A stretch of DNA of 26,795 nt from Armatimonadota bacterium (GTDB taxonomy: Bacteria; Sysuimicrobiota; Sysuimicrobiia; Sysuimicrobiales; Humicultoraceae): assembly GCA_037443365.1 (NCBI GenBank), contig JBBIOM010000013.1, positions 1-26,795 of the forward strand, written 5' to 3'. A program made the position numbers and the translations under genes. Below are positions 7,413-16,208 of this stretch, piece by piece. The notes under the pieces are model-generated. The model saw only the letters and a list, made by a program, of their open reading frames with translations, was not told the DNA's origin and did not search any database. The first letter of the stretch is position 1. Each line of letters begins with the position of its first letter.

Positions 7413-10400
7413 CTACTTCCCGTCTCCCGGCTCCACGACTCCTTCGGGCACGGCGCGCCTGTCGCGGCCGCGCACCCACTGGATTGCGCTGTCCACCATC
7501 ACGTACAGCGCCGGGATGAGCAGAAGGCTCCCGATCGAGGAGGTGATCAGTCCGCCCACGATCGCCCGCGCCATCGGTGACTGCATCTCGGAGCCTTCCC
7601 CGATGCCGATCGCCAGCGGCAGCAGCCCGAACACCGTGCTCAGCGTCGTCATGAGAATCGGGCGCAGGCGTCGCTGGCCGGCCCGAGCGACCGACTCCCG
7701 CAGGGGCACGCCCTCGGCCTGCAGCTGCAGCGAGTAGGTCATGAGCACGATGGCGTTGTTGACCGCGATTCCCACGAGCACAATGGTGCCCAGGCCTGAT
7801 TGGACGTTCAGCGTGGTGCCCGTCAGCAGCAGCGCGGCCGCCACCCCGACCAGCGCGAACGGCACGGCCGCCATTATGAGGAGAGGCTCCAGCAGCCGCT
7901 CGAACTGCGACGCCATGACCATGTAGACCAGGACGAGCGACATGAGGAATCCCGTGAGCAGCTGCGCGAAAGACTCCTGCTGATCCTGGAACTCGCCACC
8001 GAAGGTGACCGAGAAGCCTCGCGGCAGGCGCTCCGCGAGCAGGGCGGCTCGGACGTCGCGCAGGGCGGCGCCGACCTCGCGCCCGCTGATGTTGCCGGTC
8101 AGCGTGATGATGCGCTCGCGGTTGCGTCGCTGGATCTGCGTGGGCCCGGGCGCGCCCGTGATCGCGGCGAGCTGCCGCAGTGGCACGATGCCCCGCGGCG
8201 TGTTGATGGGCAGGCCGCCCAGCTGGTCCGGCGAGGTCCGGTCAGACTCCTGCAGCCGCACCACAACGTCGATGTCGTCGCCTTCGCTGCGGAACAGCGC
8301 CACGGTCGTTCCGCCGATGTACGTCTTGACCGAGCTCGCGACCGCGGCCGCGGTCGTCCCGAAGGACGCGGCCCTGGCGGGATCCACCTGAACGACGAAC
8401 TCCTCGGCGCTCTCCTCGCGGCTGACCTGAAGGTCGGTGACTCCCGGTACGGCCTCCAGGACGCTGCGCAGGCGGCGCGCGGTCGTGTTCCCCACGTCGA
8501 GGTTGAATCCCCGGAGGTCGATGCTGATCGGATCCGGTGACCGGAAGATGAACAGCGAACTCGCCGGCCGATAGATCAAGGTTGCGCCCGGCACCTGGAT
8601 ACGGCGCCTCAGGTCGGCGATGACCGTCCGGGTGGGCGGGGCGCCGGGCTCGAGTGCGACCCGGAAGTTTGTGCTGTGCGACGACGACAGCCCGCCGAAG
8701 CCGCCGCCCACGGACGTGGCGACCATCCTCACGCCCGGGGTCTCCTCGACGAGCGTCTGCTCGATCCGGCGGGACATGCGGTCCGATGCCTCGAGCGAGC
8801 TGCCGCGCGGCAGGTTCACGATCATGAACAGCTCGCGCTCGTCCGCGCTGGGGAAGGTCTCGCGGCCCACGAGCGGCAGCGCCGCCCAGGCGAGCGCCAC
8901 CACGGCGATGGAAGGCAGCACCACGAGCCCGGGCCGCCGCATCACGGCCATGAGGAGGCGCCTGAAGGCGTCCTCGAATGCCGCGAGCCTCCGCTCCACC
9001 GCGGTTGCCATGCGCCCGGCCAGGCCCCTGCCATGCCCGATCGTCAGCCTCCGCGAAGCCAGCGACGGTATCAGGGTCAGCGCGATGACCAGCGAGCAGG
9101 CCAGCGAGAAGGTCACGACGTAGGCCAGCGGGCGGAACATGACGCTTGAGATCCCGGTGGTGAAGAACATCGGCAGGAACACGACGATCGTGGTCAGGGT
9201 GCTGGCCACTATCGCGGTGCCGACCTCGCGCGTGGACTCCTCGGCGGCCAGCCGCGGGGGCCGCCCTTCCTCCCGGTGGCGGAAGGTGTTCTCGAGCACC
9301 ACGATGGAGCTGTCCACCAGCATGCCGATGGCCAGCGCCAGCCCGCCGAAAGTGATCAGGTTGAGCGTGAGCCCGCCCGAGAACATCAGCAGGAACGTCG
9401 CCAGCACCGATACGGGGATGGCCGTGGCGATAATGAGCGTGCTGCTGACGTTGCGCAGGAAGATGAGCAGCACCGCAACCGTTAGCACGGCCCCGATCAT
9501 GGCGGCCTGCTGGACGTTCTGCACAGACCGGCGGATGAACCGGCTCCCGTCGCTGACGATGGTGAGCTGCGCCTGGGGGAACTGCTCGCGAAACTGTGCA
9601 GCGACACGCAGGACCCGGTTGGCGATGGCCACGGTGTTCGTTCCGGACTGCTTGGACACCGCGACCATGACCGCCGGGCGGCCGTTGATCCGGAAGATCG
9701 ATGTGGCATCGGCCAGGGTATCCTCGACGCGACCCACGTCCACCACCCGCACGGGCACGCCCCCGCGCACGCCCACGACCGTCCGCCCTATCTCATCGGG
9801 CGAGGTGAAACGGCCGACCGTCCGGACTATCCGCCGCTGTGCTCCGACCCGCACGTCTCCCCCGGGGTCGCTCGTGCTCTCGGCGCGCAGCGCCGCCGCG
9901 ACGTCCCGGTCCGACACCCCGAACGCCTCCAGCCGCCTGGCATCCAGGCGCACCTGGATGATCCTGGACCGCGCCCCGCGCACGTCCACGTTGGCCACGC
10001 CCTCGATCTGCTCGAGGCGGGGGCGCAGCTCGTTCTCGGCCAGGTCGCGGACGGCACCGAGATCGCCCCGGCCCTCGAGGGCGACCTGCATGATGGGCAT
10101 GAGGTTGGGATCGAACTTGGACAGCCGCGGCGCCTCCGCGCCGGTGGGCAGTCGGCTGCGCACCCTGTCTATCGCCGGCCGCACATCGTTGGCCGCATCG
10201 GCGAGATTCGTACCCCACGGGAACCGCAGCGTGATAGAACTGCGTCCCTCGACCGAATTGGAGGAGATCTCGGTGACGCCAGGCACGGTGCTGAAGGCGT
10301 TCTCCAGCAACACCGTGACCTCGCGCTCGACCTCCTGCGGCCCGGCACCGGAGTAGTTCGTGATCACGGACAGCGAGGGGTACGAGATGTCGGGGAGGAG

Positions 10401-10505
10401 ATCCACCGGGAGCCGCAGGAACGCGACCAGGCCCAGGAAGGCGAGGGCCAGATAGGCCATCGCCGTTGTGACGGGCCGGGCAACGGCGAAACGCGAGAGA
10501 TTCAT
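7413..10505 (-). CDS. RND efflux transporter permease (AcrB/AcrD/AcrF family)
   Basis: 1030 aa; FAVARPV N-terminus, GAGPQEVEREVT, TM4 GMLVDSSIVVLEN, TM10 GIAVNNAIVL, RRLRPILMT, PMARAIVGGL. Confidence 0.95.
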   Translation of the reverse strand: MNLSRFAVARPVTTAMAYLALAFLGLVAFLRLPVDLLPDISYPSLSVITNYSGAGPQEVEREVTVLLENAFSTVPGVTEISSNSVEGRSSITLRFPWGTNLADAANDVRPAIDRVRSRLPTGAEAPRLSKFDPNLMPIMQVALEGRGDLGAVRDLAENELRPRLEQIEGVANVDVRGARSRIIQVRLDARRLEAFGVSDRDVAAALRAESTSDPGGDVRVGAQRRIVRTVGRFTSPDEIGRTVVGVRGGVPVRVVDVGRVEDTLADATSIFRINGRPAVMVAVSKQSGTNTVAIANRVLRVAAQFREQFPQAQLTIVSDGSRFIRRSVQNVQQAAMIGAVLTVAVLLIFLRNVSSTLIIATAIPVSVLATFLLMFSGGLTLNLITFGGLALAIGMLVDSSIVVLENTFRHREEGRPPRLAAEESTREVGTAIVASTLTTIVVFLPMFFTTGISSVMFRPLAYVVTFSLACSLVIALTLIPSLASRRLTIGHGRGLAGRMATAVERRLAAFEDAFRRLLMAVMRRPGLVVLPSIAVVALAWAALPLVGRETFPSADERELFMIVNLPRGSSLEASDRMSRRIEQTLVEETPGVRMVATSVGGGFGGLSSSHSTNFRVALEPGAPPTRTVIADLRRRIQVPGATLIYRPASSLFIFRSPDPISIDLRGFNLDVGNTTARRLRSVLEAVPGVTDLQVSREESAEEFVVQVDPARAASFGTTAAAVASSVKTYIGGTTVALFRSEGDDIDVVVRLQESDRTSPDQLGGLPINTPRGIVPLRQLAAITGAPGPTQIQRRNRERIITLTGNISGREVGAALRDVRAALLAERLPRGFSVTFGGEFQDQQESFAQLLTGFLMSLVLVYMVMASQFERLLEPLLIMAAVPFALVGVAAALLLTGTTLNVQSGLGTIVLVGIAVNNAIVLMTYSLQLQAEGVPLRESVARAGQRRLRPILMTTLSTVFGLLPLAIGIGEGSEMQSPMARAIVGGLITSSIGSLLLIPALYVMVDSAIQWVRGRDRRAVPEGVVEPGDGK

Positions 10506-11779
10506 GGCTGCTTCTGCGCCGGGGCGCCGCTGCCGGTGCGCACCTTCATGCCGTCGCGCAGCCCCTGCTGGCCCACCGTCACGATGGTCTCGCCGGCGGA
10601 TAGCCCTTCTGCGATCTCGGAACGGCTGCCCTCGACGTATCCAACGCGCACCGGTCGCTCCTCCACCGCGCCGTCCTGGATCACGAACACCACCGTGACA
10701 TCGCCGCGCCGCAGGACGGCGTCAGAGGGCACCACGATGGCCTGGCGCTCGTCGAACACGATCGTCACCCGCGCGAACATCCCAGGGCGGAGTGCGCCGT
10801 CGGCATTCCCGAGCACCACCACCGCGCGGGCGCTCCTGGAACCCGCATCCAGGGCCGGGGCAACGCGGGCTATCGCTCCCTCAAAGAGGCGGCCCGGCAG
10901 CGCGTCCACCAGGATCTTTGCCGTGCTGGTGCCGCGCAGCCGGACCAGGTCGGTCTCGGGCAGCGGCACGTGCACCTCTATAGGCCGCACCTTTGCCACG
11001 GTGGCGACCACGGTCGTGGTGGAGATCACGGCGCCGGGCTCGACGCCGACGCGGGTGACCACGCCGCTGATCGGCGACGTGATGCGCAGTTCCCGCAACC
11101 TCGCGCGGATCTGGGCGACGGTCGCCTCCGCCTGCCGTATCTGCGCCACCTGGGCCGCGATGTCCTCGGCGCGTGGGCCGTGGCGGACGAGGGCGAGCTG
11201 CTCCCGCGCTCCCCGCACGCGAGCCCGCGCCAGCTCGACGTCGGTCTGGGCGCGGTCCACTGTCGCCCGGGCCACCAGTCCGTCGGCGAACAGCTGCTGG
11301 GCACGCGCCAGATCGCGCTCGGCCTGCGCCAGCGATGTCTCGGCCTGGGCGACGCTTGCCTCCACCTGGGCCACCTCGGGCGCGCGCGGCGCGGCCTGCA
11401 GCTGCGCGAGGCGAGTTCGCTGCACCTCCACCGATGCCTCGGCCTGCCTGATCGTCAGCTCGAGCTCGGGGTCGTCTATGCGCGCCAGGAGCGCGCCGGC
11501 GGCCACCATCGTGCCTTCCCTCGCCGGTACCGCGCCGAGCCGGCCAGAGACGCGCGAGACCACGTCCACCACGGCCGAGGCCCGCACCTCACCCGGCAGG
11601 CCAACCTGCTCGACCAGGTTGGTGGGATCCACGGTCTCGGTGCGCACGAGCGGTGCGGGCCGCTCGCGCACAGGCGCGGCCTCGCGGTCGGTCGAGCGCC
11701 TTGATATCCACTGGACGGCGCCGACGACCAGCGCGGCCGCCACCGCCAGAACGACAAAGGAACGGAACCGACCCCACAT
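10502..11779 (-). CDS. RND periplasmic adaptor (membrane fusion protein)
   Basis: N-terminal TM anchor, lipoyl half-motifs (SRVSGRL...EGTMV; ITSPISGVV), long coiled coil, LRPGMFARV, GLSAGETIV; ATGA overlap with the RND gene. Start set at ATG 11779 (MWGRFRS), not the ORF-track start. Confidence 0.9.
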   Translation of the reverse strand: MWGRFRSFVVLAVAAALVVGAVQWISRRSTDREAAPVRERPAPLVRTETVDPTNLVEQVGLPGEVRASAVVDVVSRVSGRLGAVPAREGTMVAAGALLARIDDPELELTIRQAEASVEVQRTRLAQLQAAPRAPEVAQVEASVAQAETSLAQAERDLARAQQLFADGLVARATVDRAQTDVELARARVRGAREQLALVRHGPRAEDIAAQVAQIRQAEATVAQIRARLRELRITSPISGVVTRVGVEPGAVISTTTVVATVAKVRPIEVHVPLPETDLVRLRGTSTAKILVDALPGRLFEGAIARVAPALDAGSRSARAVVVLGNADGALRPGMFARVTIVFDERQAIVVPSDAVLRRGDVTVVFVIQDGAVEERPVRVGYVEGSRSEIAEGLSAGETIVTVGQQGLRDGMKVRTGSGAPAQKQP

Positions 11780-11859
11780 ACGGCATTCACCCTCACTCGT
11801 TGCCCCCGGGCGCCCGCGGATGCTACGATGGCGGCACGCAGGGAGTCCACTGGGGCGCG

Positions 11860-12354
11860 ATGGCGACCGACCAGTATCCAGGAGATTATACACCAGAGGG
11901 CGCAAGCGCGGCGGCTGCAATCGGGCGCGCCGCCCGGCTCCGGCGGGCCGCGGCGGCCCTACGCGCCCGCGCCTCCCGCACACGGGGCAGTTCCCGCGCA
12001 TGCGAGGGGCCAGGCGGCGGGGCCGATCTGCCATCGCTCCTGGACGACGTTGACCAGATGCTGAGGGCGATTCAGAAGGGCGCGCACGAGCGGGCCCTCG
12101 GCGAGGAGACAGCGCGCGCCCTGCACGCGGGCATCGAGCAGGCCGCGCAGTCCACCCAGGCGGCGGTGGCCGCACAGCGAGAGATGCTCCTCTCGCCTGA
12201 TCGCGGGACGACCGACGCGCCCTACGGCCACGGCGCTCCCTTGCACCTCCACCCCGGGGCGATCTGCTCCATCATAGCCGAGCGCGCCGAGGCCCTGGCC
12301 GCCGCGATCGAGGCCGCGGCGATCGCCAAGGCCAACGCTACTTCAGTCCCCTGA
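11860..12354 (+). CDS. Hypothetical Ala-rich helical protein
   Basis: 164 aa from ATG 11860; fills the gap between the adaptor and glycosyltransferase genes; amphipathic helical pattern; no family recognised. Confidence 0.55.
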   Translation: MATDQYPGDYTPEGASAAAAIGRAARLRRAAAALRARASRTRGSSRACEGPGGGADLPSLLDDVDQMLRAIQKGAHERALGEETARALHAGIEQAAQSTQAAVAAQREMLLSPDRGTTDAPYGHGAPLHLHPGAICSIIAERAEALAAAIEAAAIAKANATSVP

Positions 12355-13753
12355 AGCCGAATCCCGGATAGAGCAGAAACGCACGGTCCCCGGCGATCGG
12401 CACCACCGTGGGCGCGCCCATGCGCGCGAACGCGTGCGGAAGGCGGTCCTTGGGCGGCGCGCTGGTATCGTGCACGTAGACACCGTTCCTGCCCAGCCAC
12501 ACCTCCGGTGGCTCCCAGAGGTCGAACCCGCGAAACGGCACGACCACCGGCGCCCGGTTGCGCATGGCGTAGATGAGCTGGCTTCCCGATTGGTATGTCT
12601 CGGCGAGGACGAAGACGCTCCCCTCGGGCCCTTGCTCCCTGAGGAGGGACTCCACCTCGCGCGCGATCCTGGGCCAGTTGCGCGCCTCAGCCTGAAAGAC
12701 CCCCAGCGCGGGATTGGGCACGAGGGCCAGCACGAAGACGAGCACCGTGAACGCGGCGCTGCTCATCACGGCGCCCTGCAGCCAGCGCCTCGTCTTCCAG
12801 GTGTCCCAGAGCCCGGATGTCGCGACCGCGGCGGCGAGCATCGCCGGGGCCGTGTAGTGGGGTTTGGCCCATCCCGGGAAACTGCCCGCGATCATCAGCG
12901 CCAGCGTCGGGACGGCGCACCAGAGGAGAAAGCCGAACCGCTCATCGCCGCGCGCGCGCCGGGCCGATCCGGCCAGTCCCGCGATCAGCGCCGCGAATCC
13001 CAGCGGCGCGTAGTAGAGGAACTGGGATCCCACGTACACCGCCAGGCTGGCCAGCGGCGTGGCGGGCGCCACCCACGGCTCGATCACCCCGGCGCGCACC
13101 ACCGAGGCCCACGCGTGCTCCAGATTCCACCAGATCAAGGGCGCCAGCACGCCCGCGCCCGTGAGGGCCGCAATGTAGGGGCCTGGCGTGCGCAGCCAGC
13201 GCCACTGCCGGGGCGTAGCCACGACGTACCCGGCCAGCGAGAGAGCCAGCGCGCCGCCGGCGAGCTTGCTCTGGATGGCCAGCCCGATCGCCAGGCCGGC
13301 CGCGGGCCAAGCCCACCACGCCCCGCGGGTGGCTTTCCAGGTGAACAGCATGGCCAGCAGCCAGAAGAACGCGAACGGCGCATCCGGAAACGCCATGACG
13401 CCACCCACGGCAAAGGCCGGCAGGACGGCGAAGAGGACCGCGGCGCGCAGCCCGGCGCCGGGGCCGAAGAGGCAGCGCGCCAGCGCGTAGATGCCTGCGG
13501 TGGATGCCGCGCCCAGCAGCAGCGGGAAGAACCGTATGGCCGCGACCGAGTCGCCCAGCAGGCGCGTGCTCGCGGCCACCAGGCCTGCGATCACGGGAGG
13601 GTGATCCGGATAACCCCACATCAAGTGCCTGGACCAGACCCAGTAGTGGGCCTCGTCGTACACGATCGGTACGCCGAACGCCACGGCGGCACGGACGAGC
13701 GCGGATGCCGCGATGACGGCCAGCAGGCCGCGGATCGAAGCGTCCGCCCTCAA
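12338..13753 (-). CDS. GT-C fold membrane glycosyltransferase (GT39/ArnT/PMT-like)
   Basis: YDEAHYWVWSRHLMWGYPDHPP after the first TM, FPDAP, SKL, many TM helices. Start inferred at TTG 13753 overlapping the udg stop (TTGA); start uncertain. Confidence 0.85.
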   Translation of the reverse strand: MRADASIRGLLAVIAASALVRAAVAFGVPIVYDEAHYWVWSRHLMWGYPDHPPVIAGLVAASTRLLGDSVAAIRFFPLLLGAASTAGIYALARCLFGPGAGLRAAVLFAVLPAFAVGGVMAFPDAPFAFFWLLAMLFTWKATRGAWWAWPAAGLAIGLAIQSKLAGGALALSLAGYVVATPRQWRWLRTPGPYIAALTGAGVLAPLIWWNLEHAWASVVRAGVIEPWVAPATPLASLAVYVGSQFLYYAPLGFAALIAGLAGSARRARGDERFGFLLWCAVPTLALMIAGSFPGWAKPHYTAPAMLAAAVATSGLWDTWKTRRWLQGAVMSSAAFTVLVFVLALVPNPALGVFQAEARNWPRIAREVESLLREQGPEGSVFVLAETYQSGSQLIYAMRNRAPVVVPFRGFDLWEPPEVWLGRNGVYVHDTSAPPKDRLPHAFARMGAPTVVPIAGDRAFLLYPGFGFRGLK

Positions 13754-14460
13754 GCGCGCTTCCCCGCAAGCAGCGTTGCCCGGCGCACCACGCGGTCGAG
13801 CATGCGTGGGGTCAGCCGGCCGGTCTGGGTATTCTGCCGGCTGGGATGATACGAGGCGAGCAGCACGATCCGCCTGCTGTCCGGCCGCGCCAGCGCGATC
13901 TCGGCCCCGTGCGCAAACACCGGCCGCCTGCGCGGCCGCGCCCACGCGAGGTCGGTCGCCGCGCGCAGCACCGCGTCGAATGCTACCCGTCCCAGCGCGA
14001 TGATCACCCTGAGGTCTTGCAGGATGAGGAGCTCCCCGACCAGGTACTCCCGGCAGGCACGCAGCTCATCCGGCAGGGGCCTGTTGCCGGGCGGCGCGCA
14101 GCGGGCCGCCGAGGTCAGGTAGGCACCGCGGAGGAGCAGCCCGTCGTCGCGGTGCTCCGAGGTAGGCTGGGAGGCAAGTCCTCGCCGGTGGAGCGCCGCG
14201 GTCAGGAACTCCCCTGACCCGTCGCCGGTGAACATGCGCCCGGTGCGGTTGGCGCCGTGCGCGGCCGGAGCCAGGCCCACCAGCAGGACGCGGGCGCGCG
14301 CATCCCCAACCCCGGGCACCGGCCGGCCCCAGTAGTCCCACGAGCTGTAGCGCGCCCTGCGTAGCCGGGCCACGGACTCCCTGTAGGCCACCAGGCGCGG
14401 GCACCTGCGGCATGCTACCACGGCGGAGTTGAGCGCGGCGAGGGAGGGATGCGGGTTCAT
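13750..14460 (-). CDS. Uracil-DNA glycosylase, family 5 (UdgB-like), Fe-S cluster type
   Basis: 236 aa; CRRCPRL, motif A GLAPAAHGANRTGRMFTGD, RCAPPGNRP...C, motif B YHPSRQN. Confidence 0.92.
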   Translation of the reverse strand: MNPHPSLAALNSAVVACRRCPRLVAYRESVARLRRARYSSWDYWGRPVPGVGDARARVLLVGLAPAAHGANRTGRMFTGDGSGEFLTAALHRRGLASQPTSEHRDDGLLLRGAYLTSAARCAPPGNRPLPDELRACREYLVGELLILQDLRVIIALGRVAFDAVLRAATDLAWARPRRRPVFAHGAEIALARPDSRRIVLLASYHPSRQNTQTGRLTPRMLDRVVRRATLLAGKRA

Positions 14461-14466
14461 GTTCCG

Positions 14467-14496
14467 TTGACGCTAGTTTTGCCGTGGGCCTATAAT
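14467..14496 (+). promoter_or_regulatory. Sigma70-type promoter for tRNA-Val/aminopeptidase
   Basis: TTGACG (14467-14472), 18-nt spacer, TATAAT (14491-14496), 18 nt before the tRNA. Confidence 0.75.
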
Positions 14497-14514
14497 ATCC
14501 TTTGCCGTCTCTGT

Positions 14515-14589
14515 GGGCGGTTAGCTCAGTGGAAGAGCGCATCCTTCACACGGATGAGGCCGCAGGTTCAAAACCTGCACCGCCCACCA
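14515..14589 (+). tRNA. tRNA-Val(CAC)
   Basis: Acceptor GGGCGGT/ACCGCCC, D arm GCTC/GAGC, anticodon arm CATCC-TTCACAC-GGATG, T arm GCAGG-TTCAAAA-CCTGC, encoded CCA. Confidence 0.95.
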
Positions 14590-14605
14590 CCCCTGGAGGT
14601 ATGCA

Positions 14606-15709
14606 ATGACAGACCCGCGCCTTTCCAAACTCGCAGAGGTACTGACGCATTACTCGCTCAAGGTGCAGCCGGGCCAGCTCGTCCGCATCTCAGGGCCGGC
14701 ACTGGCCGCGCCGCTCATCGTCGAGGCGTACCGCTGCGCGCTTGAGGCCGGCGCGCATGCCTACACGCGCGTGCACATAGACGCCCTCGACGAGCTGTTC
14801 CTCAAGAAGGCGACCGATGAGCAGCTGCGGTACATCTCGCCGGTGTCCGAGTGCGAGGTCGAGAAGATCGACGCCGAACTTGGGATCTGGGCGCACTACA
14901 ACACCCGGTCCCTGACCGGCGTGGATCCGGCCCGCCAGGCGATCCGCCGCGAGGCCACCCGGGTGCTATCCCAGCGGTTCCTCGAGCGCGCCGCAACAGG
15001 GGCGCTGCGCTGGTGCGGCACGCAGTACCCGACGCAGGCCGACGCGCAGGACGCCGAGATGTCGCTCTCTGAGTACGAGGAGTTCGTGTTTTCGGCGGGA
15101 TTGATCGGCCACCCCGATCCCGTCGCGGCCTGGGAGAAGGTGCGCCGCGATCAGGAGCGCATCGTGCGCCTGCTGGAGTCGAAGGACGAGCTGCGCGTCC
15201 GGGCCCCGGACGTTGACCTCGTTGTGCGCACGGGCGGCCGGCGCTGGATGAACTCGGCGGGCGAGCACAACTTCCCCGACGGCGAGGTCTTCACGGCACC
15301 GATCGAGGACGCCACCTCTGGCCGGGTGAGGTTCTCGTTCCCCGCCATCTACAGCGGGCGCGAGGTGCACGGGATAACGCTGACATTTGCCGAAGGGCGC
15401 GTGGTCGAGGCGACGGCAGAGAAGGGAGAGGATTTCCTGCGCGCGATGCTCGACCTCGATGCCGGCGCCCGTGTGCTCGGCGAGTTCGCCTTCGGGACGA
15501 ACTACGGCATCGCGCGGTTCACGAAGAACATCCTGTTCGACGAGAAGATCGGCGGCACCGTGCACGTGGCCGTGGGCGCGGCATACCCGGAGACCGGTGG
15601 GGTCAACAAGTCGGGGCTGCACTGGGACATGATCTGCGACCTGCGCGCCTCGAGCGAGGTCCAAGCCGATGGCGAGGTGATCTACCGAAACGGAGCCTTC
15701 CTGATCTAG
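14606..15709 (+). CDS. Aminopeptidase, peptidase family M29 (AmpS/AmpT-like)
   Basis: 367 aa; DPRLSKLAEVL, NFPDGEVFTAP, LGEFAFG, LFDEKIGGTVHVAVG, SGLHWDMI; SD GGAGG. Confidence 0.93.
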   Translation: MTDPRLSKLAEVLTHYSLKVQPGQLVRISGPALAAPLIVEAYRCALEAGAHAYTRVHIDALDELFLKKATDEQLRYISPVSECEVEKIDAELGIWAHYNTRSLTGVDPARQAIRREATRVLSQRFLERAATGALRWCGTQYPTQADAQDAEMSLSEYEEFVFSAGLIGHPDPVAAWEKVRRDQERIVRLLESKDELRVRAPDVDLVVRTGGRRWMNSAGEHNFPDGEVFTAPIEDATSGRVRFSFPAIYSGREVHGITLTFAEGRVVEATAEKGEDFLRAMLDLDAGARVLGEFAFGTNYGIARFTKNILFDEKIGGTVHVAVGAAYPETGGVNKSGLHWDMICDLRASSEVQADGEVIYRNGAFLI

Positions 15710-15720
15710 GCGGTGTCTCG

Positions 15721-15993
15721 CTAGGAGCGCTCGATATCCTCGATCAGCTCGTCGAACATGAGGTGGGTTTCCTCGCTGACCTGATCGGCCATGTCGGCGT
15801 AGCGCTGGTGCTCCAGCGCCTTCGTCTGGATGTTGTTGAGCATGTTGGCTTCGATCTCGCGCAGCAGCGCCACGACGTCACCCCGCGGGAACTCGCCGAA
15901 CTCCTTGTTCCTGAGACGGCGCACGAACTCATCGAGGCCCAGCATCTCGACCTGACAGAGCTGCTCATATATCTGCCAAAGCCGCTCAGTCAC
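15721..15993 (-). CDS. Small acidic helical hypothetical protein
   Basis: 90 aa from GTG 15993 (GGGGG upstream); host-like GC3-rich codons and globular composition, unlike the Arg/Pro-rich shadow ORFs. Confidence 0.7.
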   Translation of the reverse strand: MTERLWQIYEQLCQVEMLGLDEFVRRLRNKEFGEFPRGDVVALLREIEANMLNNIQTKALEHQRYADMADQVSEETHLMFDELIEDIERS

Positions 15994-16104
15994 GATGAAC
16001 CCCCACGCAGGTTCTCGTGGCGAACTTCGCGCGCCTCCTGCGTATTCCTTCTGCGCGCTGCTTGGAAGCATCATGTTCCCTCTGATGCGGGGCATGGTGC
16101 GGTC

Positions 16105-16113
16105 TGCTACAAT
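16105..16113 (+). promoter_or_regulatory. Extended -10 element upstream of tRNA-Thr
   Basis: TG-C-TACAAT, 12 nt before the tRNA 5' end; no clear -35. Confidence 0.55.
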
Positions 16114-16125
16114 GTGTCTGCCTGG

Positions 16126-16200
16126 GCCGGCGTAGCTCAGCGGTAGAGCAGCGCACTCGTAATGCGCAGGCCACGAGTTCGAATCTCGTCGCCGGCTCCA
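16126..16200 (+). tRNA. tRNA-Thr(CGT)
   Basis: Acceptor GCCGGCG/CGCCGGC, anticodon arm GCGCA-CTCGTAA-TGCGC, T arm ACGAG-TTCGAAT-CTCGT, encoded CCA. Confidence 0.95.
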
Positions 16201-16208
16201 GAGGCCGC

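Noticed and set aside
9139-12053. Long plus-strand ORFs (405 aa and 505 aa)
   Set aside because: Shadows of the RND and adaptor genes with Ser/Arg/Thr-rich composition.
11780-12175. N-terminal extension of the adaptor ORF in the track
   Set aside because: Low-complexity Arg/Pro sequence overlapping the opposite-strand ORF; the family-typical TM anchor starts after ATG 11779.
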